Source: Candidatus Iainarchaeum sp.
Lineage (GTDB): Archaea > Iainarchaeota > Iainarchaeia > Iainarchaeales > 0-14-0-20-30-16
NCBI GenBank assembly: GCA_028710695.1
Contig: JAQTTP010000001.1
Coordinates: 11,833-75,832 of the forward strand
Reading direction: 5' to 3'
Length of the DNA stretch: 64,000 bases
In this document: in pieces, positions 34,909 through 42,848 of the stretch
How positions within the stretch are numbered: position 1 is the first letter of the stretch
How the letters are laid out: every line of letters starts with the position of its first letter
Notes under the pieces: model-generated
Databases searched by the model: none
What the model was told of the DNA's origin: nothing
Seen by the model: the letters and a program-made list of their open reading frames with translations, nothing else
Position numbers and translations under genes: made by a program

Positions 34909-36129
34909 ATGGCAAGTACAGATAAAAAATATGAGCAGGTAGAAAAGGAGATCTTCAAAAACAAAATTAAAAAATTAGGAAAAATACAAGGTCGACACAC
35001 AGAGCTCATATCTCTATATGTTCCATTTGGCACAGACAGAGGAACAGTAATGTCACAACTAACACAGGAAGTAAACCAAGCTTCAAACATAAAAAGCCCA
35101 ACTACTAGAAAAAATGTACAGGCGGCATTAAGAAAAATTGCAGAATACTTAAGATTAATAGATTTTAAGCTTCCGGACAATGGCTTGGTTGTTTTTTGCG
35201 GTAATGTAAGCGAAAGAGAGGGCAGACCAGATATACAACTTTTCCATGTTACCCCCATAAGGAAGTTAAACATGAAGACATATAGATGTGACTCAGAATT
35301 TGTAATTGAGCCCCTAAAAGAAATGCTTACTCCTGACAAGTCATATTTAATTATTGCAATAGATAACAAAGAATCAACTACCGCTGTTTTAGAAGGAAAA
35401 AAATACAGAATTATTGACAGAGCACATTCAACTGTTCCCGGAAAGATAAAAGCAGGTGGGCAGTCAGCACACAGATATGAACATTTAAGATTAGATGCTG
35501 CAAATGATTTTTACCACAGGGTTGCAGAACACATAAACAAAGAAGTTGTGCCGTATGTTGAAAAGGTAAACGGAGTAGTTCTGGGCGGCCCAGGGTCTAC
35601 AAAAAGAGACTTTTTTGACAAAGAATATTTAGATTATAGAATTAGAGACAAGGTAATTGGCTTTTTAGATGTTACTTATACAGACGAATCAGGAATCCGA
35701 GAAATAATTGATTCTGCCCAAGACATATTAAAAGAAACAGAAATAGTAATTGAAAAACAGGCAATTTCTGAATTTTTTAAGGCCGCAATAAAATCAAATT
35801 TAGCAGCATATGGCTTTGACGATGTTATTTCTGCACTAAAAACCAACAGGGCAAGCAAAGTATTAGTTTCTGAAGGACTAAACAAAGAAATTAAGGTTGC
35901 TGAATGTCTAAATTGTAGTAAAACAAAAATTTTGTTTGACGAAAAAGATAGCAAAAAATGTGAATGTACTGGAGATTTAGAGGAAATTGAAACACTATCT
36001 CTTGCAGAATATATTACAGAACTATCAGAAAAAAGCAGCACAGATGTAATAATAATTTCTACAGACACGGACGAAGGTGAGCAATTCCTTAATGCATTTG
36101 GTGGTATTGGTGCAATTCTCAGATATTAA
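34909..36129 (+). CDS. prf1: peptide chain release factor aRF1
   Basis: 406 aa with NIKS motif (ASNIKSPTTRKN) and GGQ motif (KAGGQSAHRYEHLR). Confidence 0.95.
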   Translation: MASTDKKYEQVEKEIFKNKIKKLGKIQGRHTELISLYVPFGTDRGTVMSQLTQEVNQASNIKSPTTRKNVQAALRKIAEYLRLIDFKLPDNGLVVFCGNVSEREGRPDIQLFHVTPIRKLNMKTYRCDSEFVIEPLKEMLTPDKSYLIIAIDNKESTTAVLEGKKYRIIDRAHSTVPGKIKAGGQSAHRYEHLRLDAANDFYHRVAEHINKEVVPYVEKVNGVVLGGPGSTKRDFFDKEYLDYRIRDKVIGFLDVTYTDESGIREIIDSAQDILKETEIVIEKQAISEFFKAAIKSNLAAYGFDDVISALKTNRASKVLVSEGLNKEIKVAECLNCSKTKILFDEKDSKKCECTGDLEEIETLSLAEYITELSEKSSTDVIIISTDTDEGEQFLNAFGGIGAILRY

Positions 36130-36742
36130 ACTAATTGCTTTTGATTTTGATGGCACAATTGCAAAAACTACAAAATATGCAAAGACTTTTTTTGAAAAAT
36201 ACGTAGGGCAAGAAATAGATGCAAAAAAATATTTCGGTCCGCCAACAAAAGTAGTTATTGCTAATTTAATAAAAGACTATAAATTAAAAATAAGCTTAGA
36301 AGATTTTTATAAATCTTGGAATAAAAATTACATTTCTTTTGTTTCAAAAAAAAAGATAATTACAAAATCAACAATAAATGCAATTAAAAAACTTAAAAGA
36401 GATGGTTATATTTTAGTAATTATTACTAGCAGTAGCAGAAAGAAACTAAACATTTTACTTTCAAAAGAAATCGAAAAAAATCTTGATCTAATTGTTGGAA
36501 GCGAAGACTATAAAAAAGGGAAACCAAACCCAGAATCTTTGTTAAAATTAATGAAAAAGTATAAAATAAAAAAGAGCGAATGTGTATATATTGGAGATAA
36601 CATTGTTGACATTTACTTCGCAAAAAACGCAGGAATTCGTGGGATTGGCAAAATTGACTTCTTGTATGGAAAGGCAGAATTAGAAAAAGCCGGGGCAACA
36701 GCAACAATAAAAACTATTAAAGACTTATTGAAGCTATTGTAA
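36110..36742 (+). CDS. HAD-superfamily phosphatase
   Basis: HAD motifs FDFDGT, ITSSS, KGKPNPE, GDNIVDI. Start uncertain: GTG-36110 after GGTGGT, or ATG-36092, or GTG-36077. Overlaps the aRF1 3' end. Confidence 0.7.
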   Translation: MQFSDIKLIAFDFDGTIAKTTKYAKTFFEKYVGQEIDAKKYFGPPTKVVIANLIKDYKLKISLEDFYKSWNKNYISFVSKKKIITKSTINAIKKLKRDGYILVIITSSSRKKLNILLSKEIEKNLDLIVGSEDYKKGKPNPESLLKLMKKYKIKKSECVYIGDNIVDIYFAKNAGIRGIGKIDFLYGKAELEKAGATATIKTIKDLLKLL

Positions 36743-36745
36743 TAT

Positions 36746-37819
36746 ATGGAAAAAATTTTGCTTAACAATTTAAATGTAAAATACTTTGAAAGAAATCTTG
36801 ATAATACTTTAACAAATGCATATATTCAAAAAATACAACCTTTAGAAAAAAACGAAAATGCCTTAAAAATAAAAGTAAAATCTAAAGATGTAAATTATGA
36901 TTTAATTGTGTTTGATGGATTCTTATTTTTAACAAAATATAATTATAAAACAAGCGAAAAAACTGGTTTCTGTAAAAATCTTGAAAAACAACTGGGTAAT
37001 GAAAAGATTCTAAAAATAGAACAAAAGGATTTTGAAAAAGTAATTGTTTTTGAAACAAGGAACAATTTTCTAATATTTGAATTATTTTCACACAACAATA
37101 TTATATTAACAGATAAGGATTACAAAATCATTGCAAGCCAAGCCAGAGAAAAATGGGCAGATAGAGAAATTGGCACAAATAAAACTTATATTTTCCCATC
37201 AAATAACAAAAAAAGCCCAGCAAAAATAACTGAATTTAATTTTAATAGCATTTCAGACATAATTTCAAAACTTAATGTACCGCCGTCTCTTGTTGAGCAT
37301 TTTGCAAAAGAAGATCCTAACCCAAACAGTATTGCAAGAAAAATCAAAAAGATATACACTGGGCCAATAGCCATAGACTGCTGCGCATTTTTAAAAAGCA
37401 AGAAATTAGAATATTTTAATACAAAGATAGAGGACCTAGAAACTATAAAAACAGGGTTTAATGATATTGTAGATAAATACATTAATTCTTTAGAAAGTGC
37501 AACTTTAGAAAAAAGTGGAGTGAACAAAAAATCTTTAGAACTTGAAGCCACTATTAAAAAAATGGATCTTAAAGTAGAAGGCTTCAAAAAAAGCATTACT
37601 GAAGATTGCGAAAAAGCAAAATGGATTGAAGCAAATTATGATTTCTTAGAAGAACTTAGATTAACCGTGCTAAAAGCATTGGAAAATGGAAAAAAACCAG
37701 ATGAAATACTAAAAATATTGAAAGTTAAGGGTAAAAATTACCCCCTTCTACAGAATCTAGTAAAAATAGATATGAAGAATAAAAAAATTATATTTTCTAT
37801 TCCTCAGCTTCAGCAGTAA
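36746..37819 (+). CDS. NFACT/Rqc2-family protein, N-terminal half (NFACT-N/FbpA plus coiled coil)
   Basis: IEQKDFEKVIVFE, LIFELFSHNNIILTD and REIGTNKTYIFP match the NFACT-N pattern, followed by a coiled-coil region. No DUF814 in this ORF. Confidence 0.7.
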   Translation: MEKILLNNLNVKYFERNLDNTLTNAYIQKIQPLEKNENALKIKVKSKDVNYDLIVFDGFLFLTKYNYKTSEKTGFCKNLEKQLGNEKILKIEQKDFEKVIVFETRNNFLIFELFSHNNIILTDKDYKIIASQAREKWADREIGTNKTYIFPSNNKKSPAKITEFNFNSISDIISKLNVPPSLVEHFAKEDPNPNSIARKIKKIYTGPIAIDCCAFLKSKKLEYFNTKIEDLETIKTGFNDIVDKYINSLESATLEKSGVNKKSLELEATIKKMDLKVEGFKKSITEDCEKAKWIEANYDFLEELRLTVLKALENGKKPDEILKILKVKGKNYPLLQNLVKIDMKNKKIIFSIPQLQQ

Positions 37820-38081
37820 TTTGCTTTTCATCTACTATAAATACATCACTTACTGCACTAACTGCTGCATATGGTATTTTTATAATTCTGTCACCAGTGT
37901 TCAAATTTAGGCTTTTTACCAATTTTGACTGGCTGTCTATTTCAACTAATAGGTATTCTACGTCTCCAGTTAATTCGTTAACAAGAACATCTATTAATTT
38001 GCCTACTTCCTCTCCTCTTCCTGTTATAACTCTCTTTGAAGCCAATTGCTTAGCTATTGTGTACTTATACATTAACATCAC
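37797..38081 (-). CDS. PRC-barrel domain protein
   Basis: 94 aa. VITGRGEEVGKLIDVLVNELTGDVEYLLVE...IPYAAV is typical of archaeal PRC-barrel proteins. Confidence 0.6.
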   Translation of the reverse strand: MMLMYKYTIAKQLASKRVITGRGEEVGKLIDVLVNELTGDVEYLLVEIDSQSKLVKSLNLNTGDRIIKIPYAAVSAVSDVFIVDEKQITAEAEE

Positions 38082-38337
38082 CCTCTTGTTCCTATATTTT
38101 AATTATAACAATTAAATTAAAGTTCAGGTTATATTTAAATGTTTCTCCTTATGCCCCGAAAAAGTTATACAAGAGGGGGCCCCATAGTTCCAGCATTCAC
38201 TTTTAAAATTAAAAAAATATTTTTGAGTTTAGGGGCCTTCTAATCGAAAACTATATATATGAGTATTATTTTCTATAATATGTAAAGGAAATATTCCTTG
38301 AATGATTTAACAAATTAATTATACTGGAGGGATTAAA

Positions 38338-38652
38338 ATGTTAAGACTATCCGAATTATTCGGCAGAGACATCTATACAGACATAGGAGACTACAAGGGT
38401 AAAGTATATGATATAGTTGTAAACTTAGAAACAGGTAAGTTAGAAACTATTACTACAGAGCCTTTAAAAGTAAAAACAAAACAACAAGCAAAGAAGATAA
38501 TAACTGAGAAAAGTATACCTTACAAAAACGTTTTAGCAGTTAAAGATATTATCATAGTTGCTTCTAAGAATAGAAAAATTGATGATTCTGGCTCAGATGA
38601 TGATAAAAAAAGACCTAGCATAAAAGCAGGTGCATTAGTAAGCTATAGGTAA
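38338..38652 (+). CDS. PRC-barrel domain protein
   Basis: 104 aa. LFGRDIYTDIGDYKGKVYDIVVNLETGKLETI is a PRC-barrel-like N-terminus. GGAGGGAT SD upstream. Confidence 0.6.
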   Translation: MLRLSELFGRDIYTDIGDYKGKVYDIVVNLETGKLETITTEPLKVKTKQQAKKIITEKSIPYKNVLAVKDIIIVASKNRKIDDSGSDDDKKRPSIKAGALVSYR

Positions 38653-38675
38653 AAGGTAAAAGTTAATTTTACCTT
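38653..38675 (+). terminator. 9-bp hairpin immediately after the stop codon
   Basis: AAGGTAAAA-GTTAA-TTTTACCTT followed by a T-rich sequence. Confidence 0.5.
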
Positions 38676-38822
38676 AACTTCTAATTTTTATTTCATTTCT
38701 ATATAATATATATAATTATCTAAAAATTAAAGATTGAAATATAAACTTTATTATATCTATAATCTACATAACTTACAAAAATAGATTAATAATGATAATA
38801 GTAGAACTATGGGGTGTATCTA

Positions 38823-39410
38823 ATGGTAGACGCTTTTTTAGTAAGGTACAAGATAAAAGTATTAGATGAAGTTAAACATTCATCCTATCTCTACCAAAAG
38901 CTATTTAGAGCTATATATGGTTATACCCAAGTTGTTTGTAAACAAACTGGAAAGAAATATGTTTACCATAGACCTGGTGTTTTAAGCAAATTTTCCTATA
39001 TAAAAGAAGGTAAAAACGAGATTATAGTAACTAAAGACGGATTCTCTTATTTAATTAATTTCTTTAAAACAGGCAAAAACCCAGCACATAATTGGCAATC
39101 AAAAGGAAATTGGACTGCAAGCTATAGTGTAGTAGACGTATCTATGGACGAAGCAAAAATAACTAAAGCAGTAGAAAATCAGATAAGAAGCACTTATGTT
39201 ATTGATAATCAAGGTAATTACCGATTGCTTGTGGATCTTTTAGAAGAACTTTCTTTAGGAAAGCACATAGATAAGGTATTTTTGAAGCAATATGAAAACA
39301 TAATTAACTTCATAAAAAGCGGAAGCTGGTATGATGCAGCCTTAAAAAGAAGTGGATTAGTTAAAAAATTCGATAAATTAGTTGGCTTTTATGTAAAATA
39401 TAAAGGCTAA
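38823..39410 (+). CDS. hypothetical protein
   Basis: About 195-aa ORF after GGGGTG SD. No motif recognised. Confidence 0.5.
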   Translation: MVDAFLVRYKIKVLDEVKHSSYLYQKLFRAIYGYTQVVCKQTGKKYVYHRPGVLSKFSYIKEGKNEIIVTKDGFSYLINFFKTGKNPAHNWQSKGNWTASYSVVDVSMDEAKITKAVENQIRSTYVIDNQGNYRLLVDLLEELSLGKHIDKVFLKQYENIINFIKSGSWYDAALKRSGLVKKFDKLVGFYVKYKG

Positions 39411-39424
39411 AAGTAAAAAACTAA

Positions 39425-39922
39425 TTATTTGGTTAATTTTAAGCCTGTTTTTACTTTAGTTGTTAGCATTGCTTTCTCTTTCTTGATATTTATAAGGATC
39501 TCTCTTTTCTTCCATTGTCTTTTTCCGCCTACAGCATTAGTTTCTAATAAACCAATGTCAACAAGGGTCTTTATGTAAGGGTAAAGGCTCTTTTCGTTCT
39601 TATATTCTATGAAAAACATCTGTTTTACTCTATCTTTTATTGTTTGCATGTCTACCCATTCTTCGAAGCCAACAACACTTATTATGTGATAAGCCTGGGT
39701 ATTTTTCATCGGATCTATGTAATTCCATAAATCATCTACCATAACTTCTTCAGGTTCTTCGGAATCGTTATGTATACTTTTCTTAGGTTCACTTTGCTTT
39801 TCCCCTTTGATTTCGAATATTTCTGGATTTTCAGGTTCTTTTTTTGTTTTTACTTCGTGTTCCTTAGTTTTTTCTTCAGTCTTCTTCGAGAATAAGCTTT
39901 TTATTTTATCAAATAAACCCAT
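39425..39922 (-). CDS. hypothetical protein with acidic N-terminal region and probable C-terminal winged-helix domain
   Basis: C-terminal LYPYIKTLVDIGLLETNAVGGKRQWKK looks like a recognition helix plus wing. GTGAT SD precedes ATG-39922. The gene abuts the GTAATTAC array. Confidence 0.5.
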   Translation of the reverse strand: MGLFDKIKSLFSKKTEEKTKEHEVKTKKEPENPEIFEIKGEKQSEPKKSIHNDSEEPEEVMVDDLWNYIDPMKNTQAYHIISVVGFEEWVDMQTIKDRVKQMFFIEYKNEKSLYPYIKTLVDIGLLETNAVGGKRQWKKREILINIKKEKAMLTTKVKTGLKLTK

Positions 39923-39945
39923 TTCTATCACAACACCGTTCATTG

Positions 39946-40045
39946 GTAATTACCGTTATTACAATAATTACGTACGAGTATTTATAATAATTACTGTAAT
40001 TACCAGTAATTACCCTCCGTAACTACCGCAATTACCGTAATTACC
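39946..40045. repeat. left array of the 9-bp-spaced palindromic octamer GTAATTAC(C)
   Basis: Units start at 39946, 39955 (GTTATTAC), 39964 (ATAATTAC), 39987 (ATAATTAC), 39996, 40006, 40019 (GTAACTAC), 40028 (GCAATTAC) and 40037. Confidence 0.9.
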
Positions 40046-40109
40046 AAACAAGGTGAAAAACATAGAGGAAAAACACAAAAGCTGGCAAAAAACGCATTAA
40101 ATATGTTAA

Positions 40110-40131
40110 GTAATAACAGTAATTACTGTTA
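40110..40131. repeat. central pair of units within an 18-bp perfect palindrome
   Basis: GTAATAAC (40110) and GTAATTAC (40119). TAACAGTAATTACTGTTA (40114-40131) is a perfect palindrome. Confidence 0.9.
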
Positions 40132-40274
40132 ACTTTTTTAATTAGCACAGGCACATTTATGAATAATTTACCTACAAATAGCGGAATGTTTAAACAATCT
40201 GAACCTTTCAGTATTGTCCAATAATTTGTGTTTTTTGTGCTTCTTAAAGGCGAAAACTAGTGTGCGATCTGGCG

Positions 40275-40319
40275 TGTAACTACAGTAATTACCGTAATGA
40301 CCGTAATTACTATAATTAC
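40275..40319. repeat. right array of five 9-bp units
   Basis: GTAACTACA, GTAATTACC, GTAATGACC, GTAATTACT and ATAATTACT at exact 9-bp spacing. Ends 33 nt from the tRNAi-Met 3' end. Confidence 0.9.
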
Positions 40320-40351
40320 TTCAAGCCCCAGTTAAATTGACTAAAATAAGA

Positions 40352-40426
40352 TAGCGGGAGTTGGATTTGAACCAACGGCCTCCGGGTTATGAGCCCGGCG
40401 GGCACTCCAGGCTGCCCTACCCCGCT
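40352..40426 (-). tRNA. initiator tRNA-Met (CAT)
   Basis: 75 nt. A1-U72 acceptor AGCGGGG/TCCCGCT, anticodon arm CCGGG-CTCATAA-CCCGG with three consecutive G-C pairs, T arm GTTGG-TTCAAAT-CCAAC. These are archaeal initiator hallmarks. Confidence 0.88.
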
Positions 40427-40450
40427 ATATTATGTAATGATAGTATGGTA

Positions 40451-40996
40451 TTACTTTTTATTGTTTTCCTTTAAAAATGAGGACAAAATTGCATTTTCTT
40501 CTTCGATAACATTGATCTGGGCTTGAAGTTCCTTGTGCTTTTCTACATAATCAATATGTTTCAGAGTTTCACTACACATAGGGCAATTGAAATTATACTC
40601 TGCAGCAACTTCAAAAGGAAAGTCATGGCAGCTGTTTTTACAAACAAACATTTGGTATTCACCATAATATTTTTCTTTTGCTTTTAATTTTTCTAGTTTA
40701 TCCATGTTATCTAAAAATACAAGCTTTGATAATTTATTGTAGTCCATGTACCACTTAAATGTAAACCACCCAGAATTTTCATTTTTTATTTTGTCATAGT
40801 TTACTATTCCATAATAATGTAATTTGTTTAGTATGGATCTTACAACAGTTATTTTGCAATCAAGATGTTGTATAAAGAATTCATCAGATGTGTTTTCTTT
40901 GTTATTACACCAAATAGAAATAAGCTTAGAAGCAGAGCCGTCTATATTTTCTAAATATTTTTGAACGCTATTTAGATTAATAATATCTGCAGCCAT
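40451..40996 (-). CDS. tfe: transcription factor E (TFE-alpha)
   Basis: 181 aa. N-terminal winged helix (VVRSILNKLHYYGIVNYDKIKNENSGWFTFKW) plus a Zn ribbon (CKNSC...CPMC). Confidence 0.8.
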   Translation of the reverse strand: MAADIINLNSVQKYLENIDGSASKLISIWCNNKENTSDEFFIQHLDCKITVVRSILNKLHYYGIVNYDKIKNENSGWFTFKWYMDYNKLSKLVFLDNMDKLEKLKAKEKYYGEYQMFVCKNSCHDFPFEVAAEYNFNCPMCSETLKHIDYVEKHKELQAQINVIEEENAILSSFLKENNKK

Positions 40997-41047
40997 AATA
41001 CTGATGGGTATGATTTTTCTTAAAAAGCAATATGCGCTTATACATAA

Positions 41048-42811
41048 CTAGTAAATATAGTAATTACCCTCTGTCTTTTGTTCTTTGTCTTTCGTAGAGT
41101 TCAATTTATTTACTCTTGGTCTGCCAGATTTTAAATCTTTTCTATAAGTTACATCAAGTATTTTTAAGAATTGGTTCATCCCGCTTTTTTTGTCTTTAGG
41201 TTTTGTACAAAATCCAGTAACCCCTGGCTTTCCATCAAATACAATTATCTTGTCTGAAATAAAATCTACAAAAAGAATATCGTGGTCTACTACAAAAGCA
41301 ACCTTTTTTCTTTTTGCAATTATGGATTGTATTGTTTTTGCAATGTTAATTCTTTCTTCAACATCTAAAAATGCAGATGGTTCATCAAGCAAATAAATTT
41401 CTGCATCAGTTGCAAGAGTTTTTGCAATCATTACCTTTTGTAAAGTCCCTGTGTTTAATTCGTCAAGATACAAATCTTCAATTTCATTTAATTTAAGTTT
41501 AAACCAAAGCTCAGACATCAATACTTCTTGATTTGTGCCCTTTAAAAACTCCCTTACTTTTACATGTTCACCATCAAAATCTTGCGGCTTGTATGACATT
41601 CGCTTATTAAAAACATTTATGTCATTATCCTCTTTTTCAACACCGGCAAGTAATTTTACAAACGTAGTTTTTCCAATGCCATTCTCTCCAACAATTCCAA
41701 TAATTTCGCCCTCATTTAAAGATCCCTCATCAACATCTAATTTGAAATCTTTAAAAGTTTTACACATCTGCGGATAGTTAAAAAATAAGTTAGTTTTTCT
41801 TGCTTGTTCATCCCTGTAGTAAAAATTTATTTCGTAGTCTCGAAATCTTAAGTTTTCATCTTGTATAAAGCCACCCAAGAACTCGTTTATTGCAGTGTTT
41901 GTTGCCTTGGTGCTAGAAACAACACCATAAGCATGCGCTTTACCAAATAGAATATGTAAATAGTCGCATAAGTAGTCAACTAATGCCAGGTCGTGCTCTA
42001 CAATTAGATTTGTATCTTTGTAATCTTCTATTAATTTTGCAAATACAAACCTTTGTTTTATATCTAAAAAGGAAGACGGTTCATCGTAGAAATACAGATT
42101 TGCCTTTTTTATAATCGTTGCAGCAATAGCAACTTTTTGAAGTTCACCACCAGAAAGTGTAGAAACTTCTTTGTTTACTATGTTACCCATTTTTAGCAGA
42201 TCTATTATTTTGTCAAGTTCTTTACGTTCATCAATTTTTTTAAGCAGGTCAATTACTTTGCCTTTAAAATTGTCTTTTATTGCTTTTATGTTTTGCGGCT
42301 TGTATGCGACTTTTGTTTTTCCATCCTTCAAATTTATAAATGTACTTTGAAGTTCTTTTCCTTTGAAATAAGTTATTATCTCGTCGTAATTACCTTGTTT
42401 TTCATAGTCTCCCAAGTTAGGAACTATTGCTCCAGAATAAATATTTAAAATTGTTGACTTTCCAATTCCGTTTTTTCCAATTAAACCAACCGCATTGCCA
42501 TCTCTTACAGTCGGCAGCCTGAACAGCCTAAAACGGTTTTTTCCATATTGGTGTATCGGCTCACTTAAGTCTAAAGATAGATTAATTATTGTTATTGCTC
42601 CAAAAGGACACTTCTTTGGGCAAATTCCACAGCCAGTACAAAGCTCTTCAGAAATTTGCACCTTTTTTTCAGATTCATTATAGACTATTGCTTCCTTGCC
42701 CATTTTGATAACTGGGCAGATATTATAACAGGCAAATCCACACTCTTCTTTCTTACATCTTTTATAGTCAATTATGGCAATTCTTTTCTTTTGCATATTT
42801 ATTTCAACCAA
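41048..42811 (-). CDS. abce1: ABCE1/RLI ribosome-recycling ATPase
   Basis: N-terminal double 4Fe-4S ferredoxin (CGFACYNICP, CTGCGICPKKCP) and two ABC cassettes (GKNGIGKST, GENGIGKTT). Start could instead be ATG-42796. Confidence 0.95.
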   Translation of the reverse strand: MVEINMQKKRIAIIDYKRCKKEECGFACYNICPVIKMGKEAIVYNESEKKVQISEELCTGCGICPKKCPFGAITIINLSLDLSEPIHQYGKNRFRLFRLPTVRDGNAVGLIGKNGIGKSTILNIYSGAIVPNLGDYEKQGNYDEIITYFKGKELQSTFINLKDGKTKVAYKPQNIKAIKDNFKGKVIDLLKKIDERKELDKIIDLLKMGNIVNKEVSTLSGGELQKVAIAATIIKKANLYFYDEPSSFLDIKQRFVFAKLIEDYKDTNLIVEHDLALVDYLCDYLHILFGKAHAYGVVSSTKATNTAINEFLGGFIQDENLRFRDYEINFYYRDEQARKTNLFFNYPQMCKTFKDFKLDVDEGSLNEGEIIGIVGENGIGKTTFVKLLAGVEKEDNDINVFNKRMSYKPQDFDGEHVKVREFLKGTNQEVLMSELWFKLKLNEIEDLYLDELNTGTLQKVMIAKTLATDAEIYLLDEPSAFLDVEERINIAKTIQSIIAKRKKVAFVVDHDILFVDFISDKIIVFDGKPGVTGFCTKPKDKKSGMNQFLKILDVTYRKDLKSGRPRVNKLNSTKDKEQKTEGNYYIY

Positions 42812-42848
42812 GGATATTGTTAAAAATGAATCTCATACTGTTTATGTT

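Noticed and set aside
39807-40022. 71-aa ORF reading through the left GTAATTAC array (...VITVITSNYPP)
   Set aside because: Its periodic peptide is only a by-product of translating a 9-nt DNA repeat. It also overlaps the 5' end of the better-supported minus-strand gene, and it has no SD or TATA context.
39946-40319. Possible CRISPR array
   Set aside because: The repeat unit is only 8-9 bp and tandem, with no unique spacers of about 30-40 bp. No cas genes are in the window.
40275-40426. Integrated mobile element using tRNAi-Met as the attachment site
   Set aside because: No integrase, transposase or viral genes are nearby. I could not find a duplicated copy of the tRNA 3' segment that would mark a second att site. 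I keep only the weaker description of an accessory-looking region.
42774-42848. 25-aa N-terminal extension of Pelota in the ORF track
   Set aside because: The extension (MAILFFCIFISTKDIV...) overlaps the divergent abce1 start. The canonical Pelota N-terminus begins at ATG-42849.
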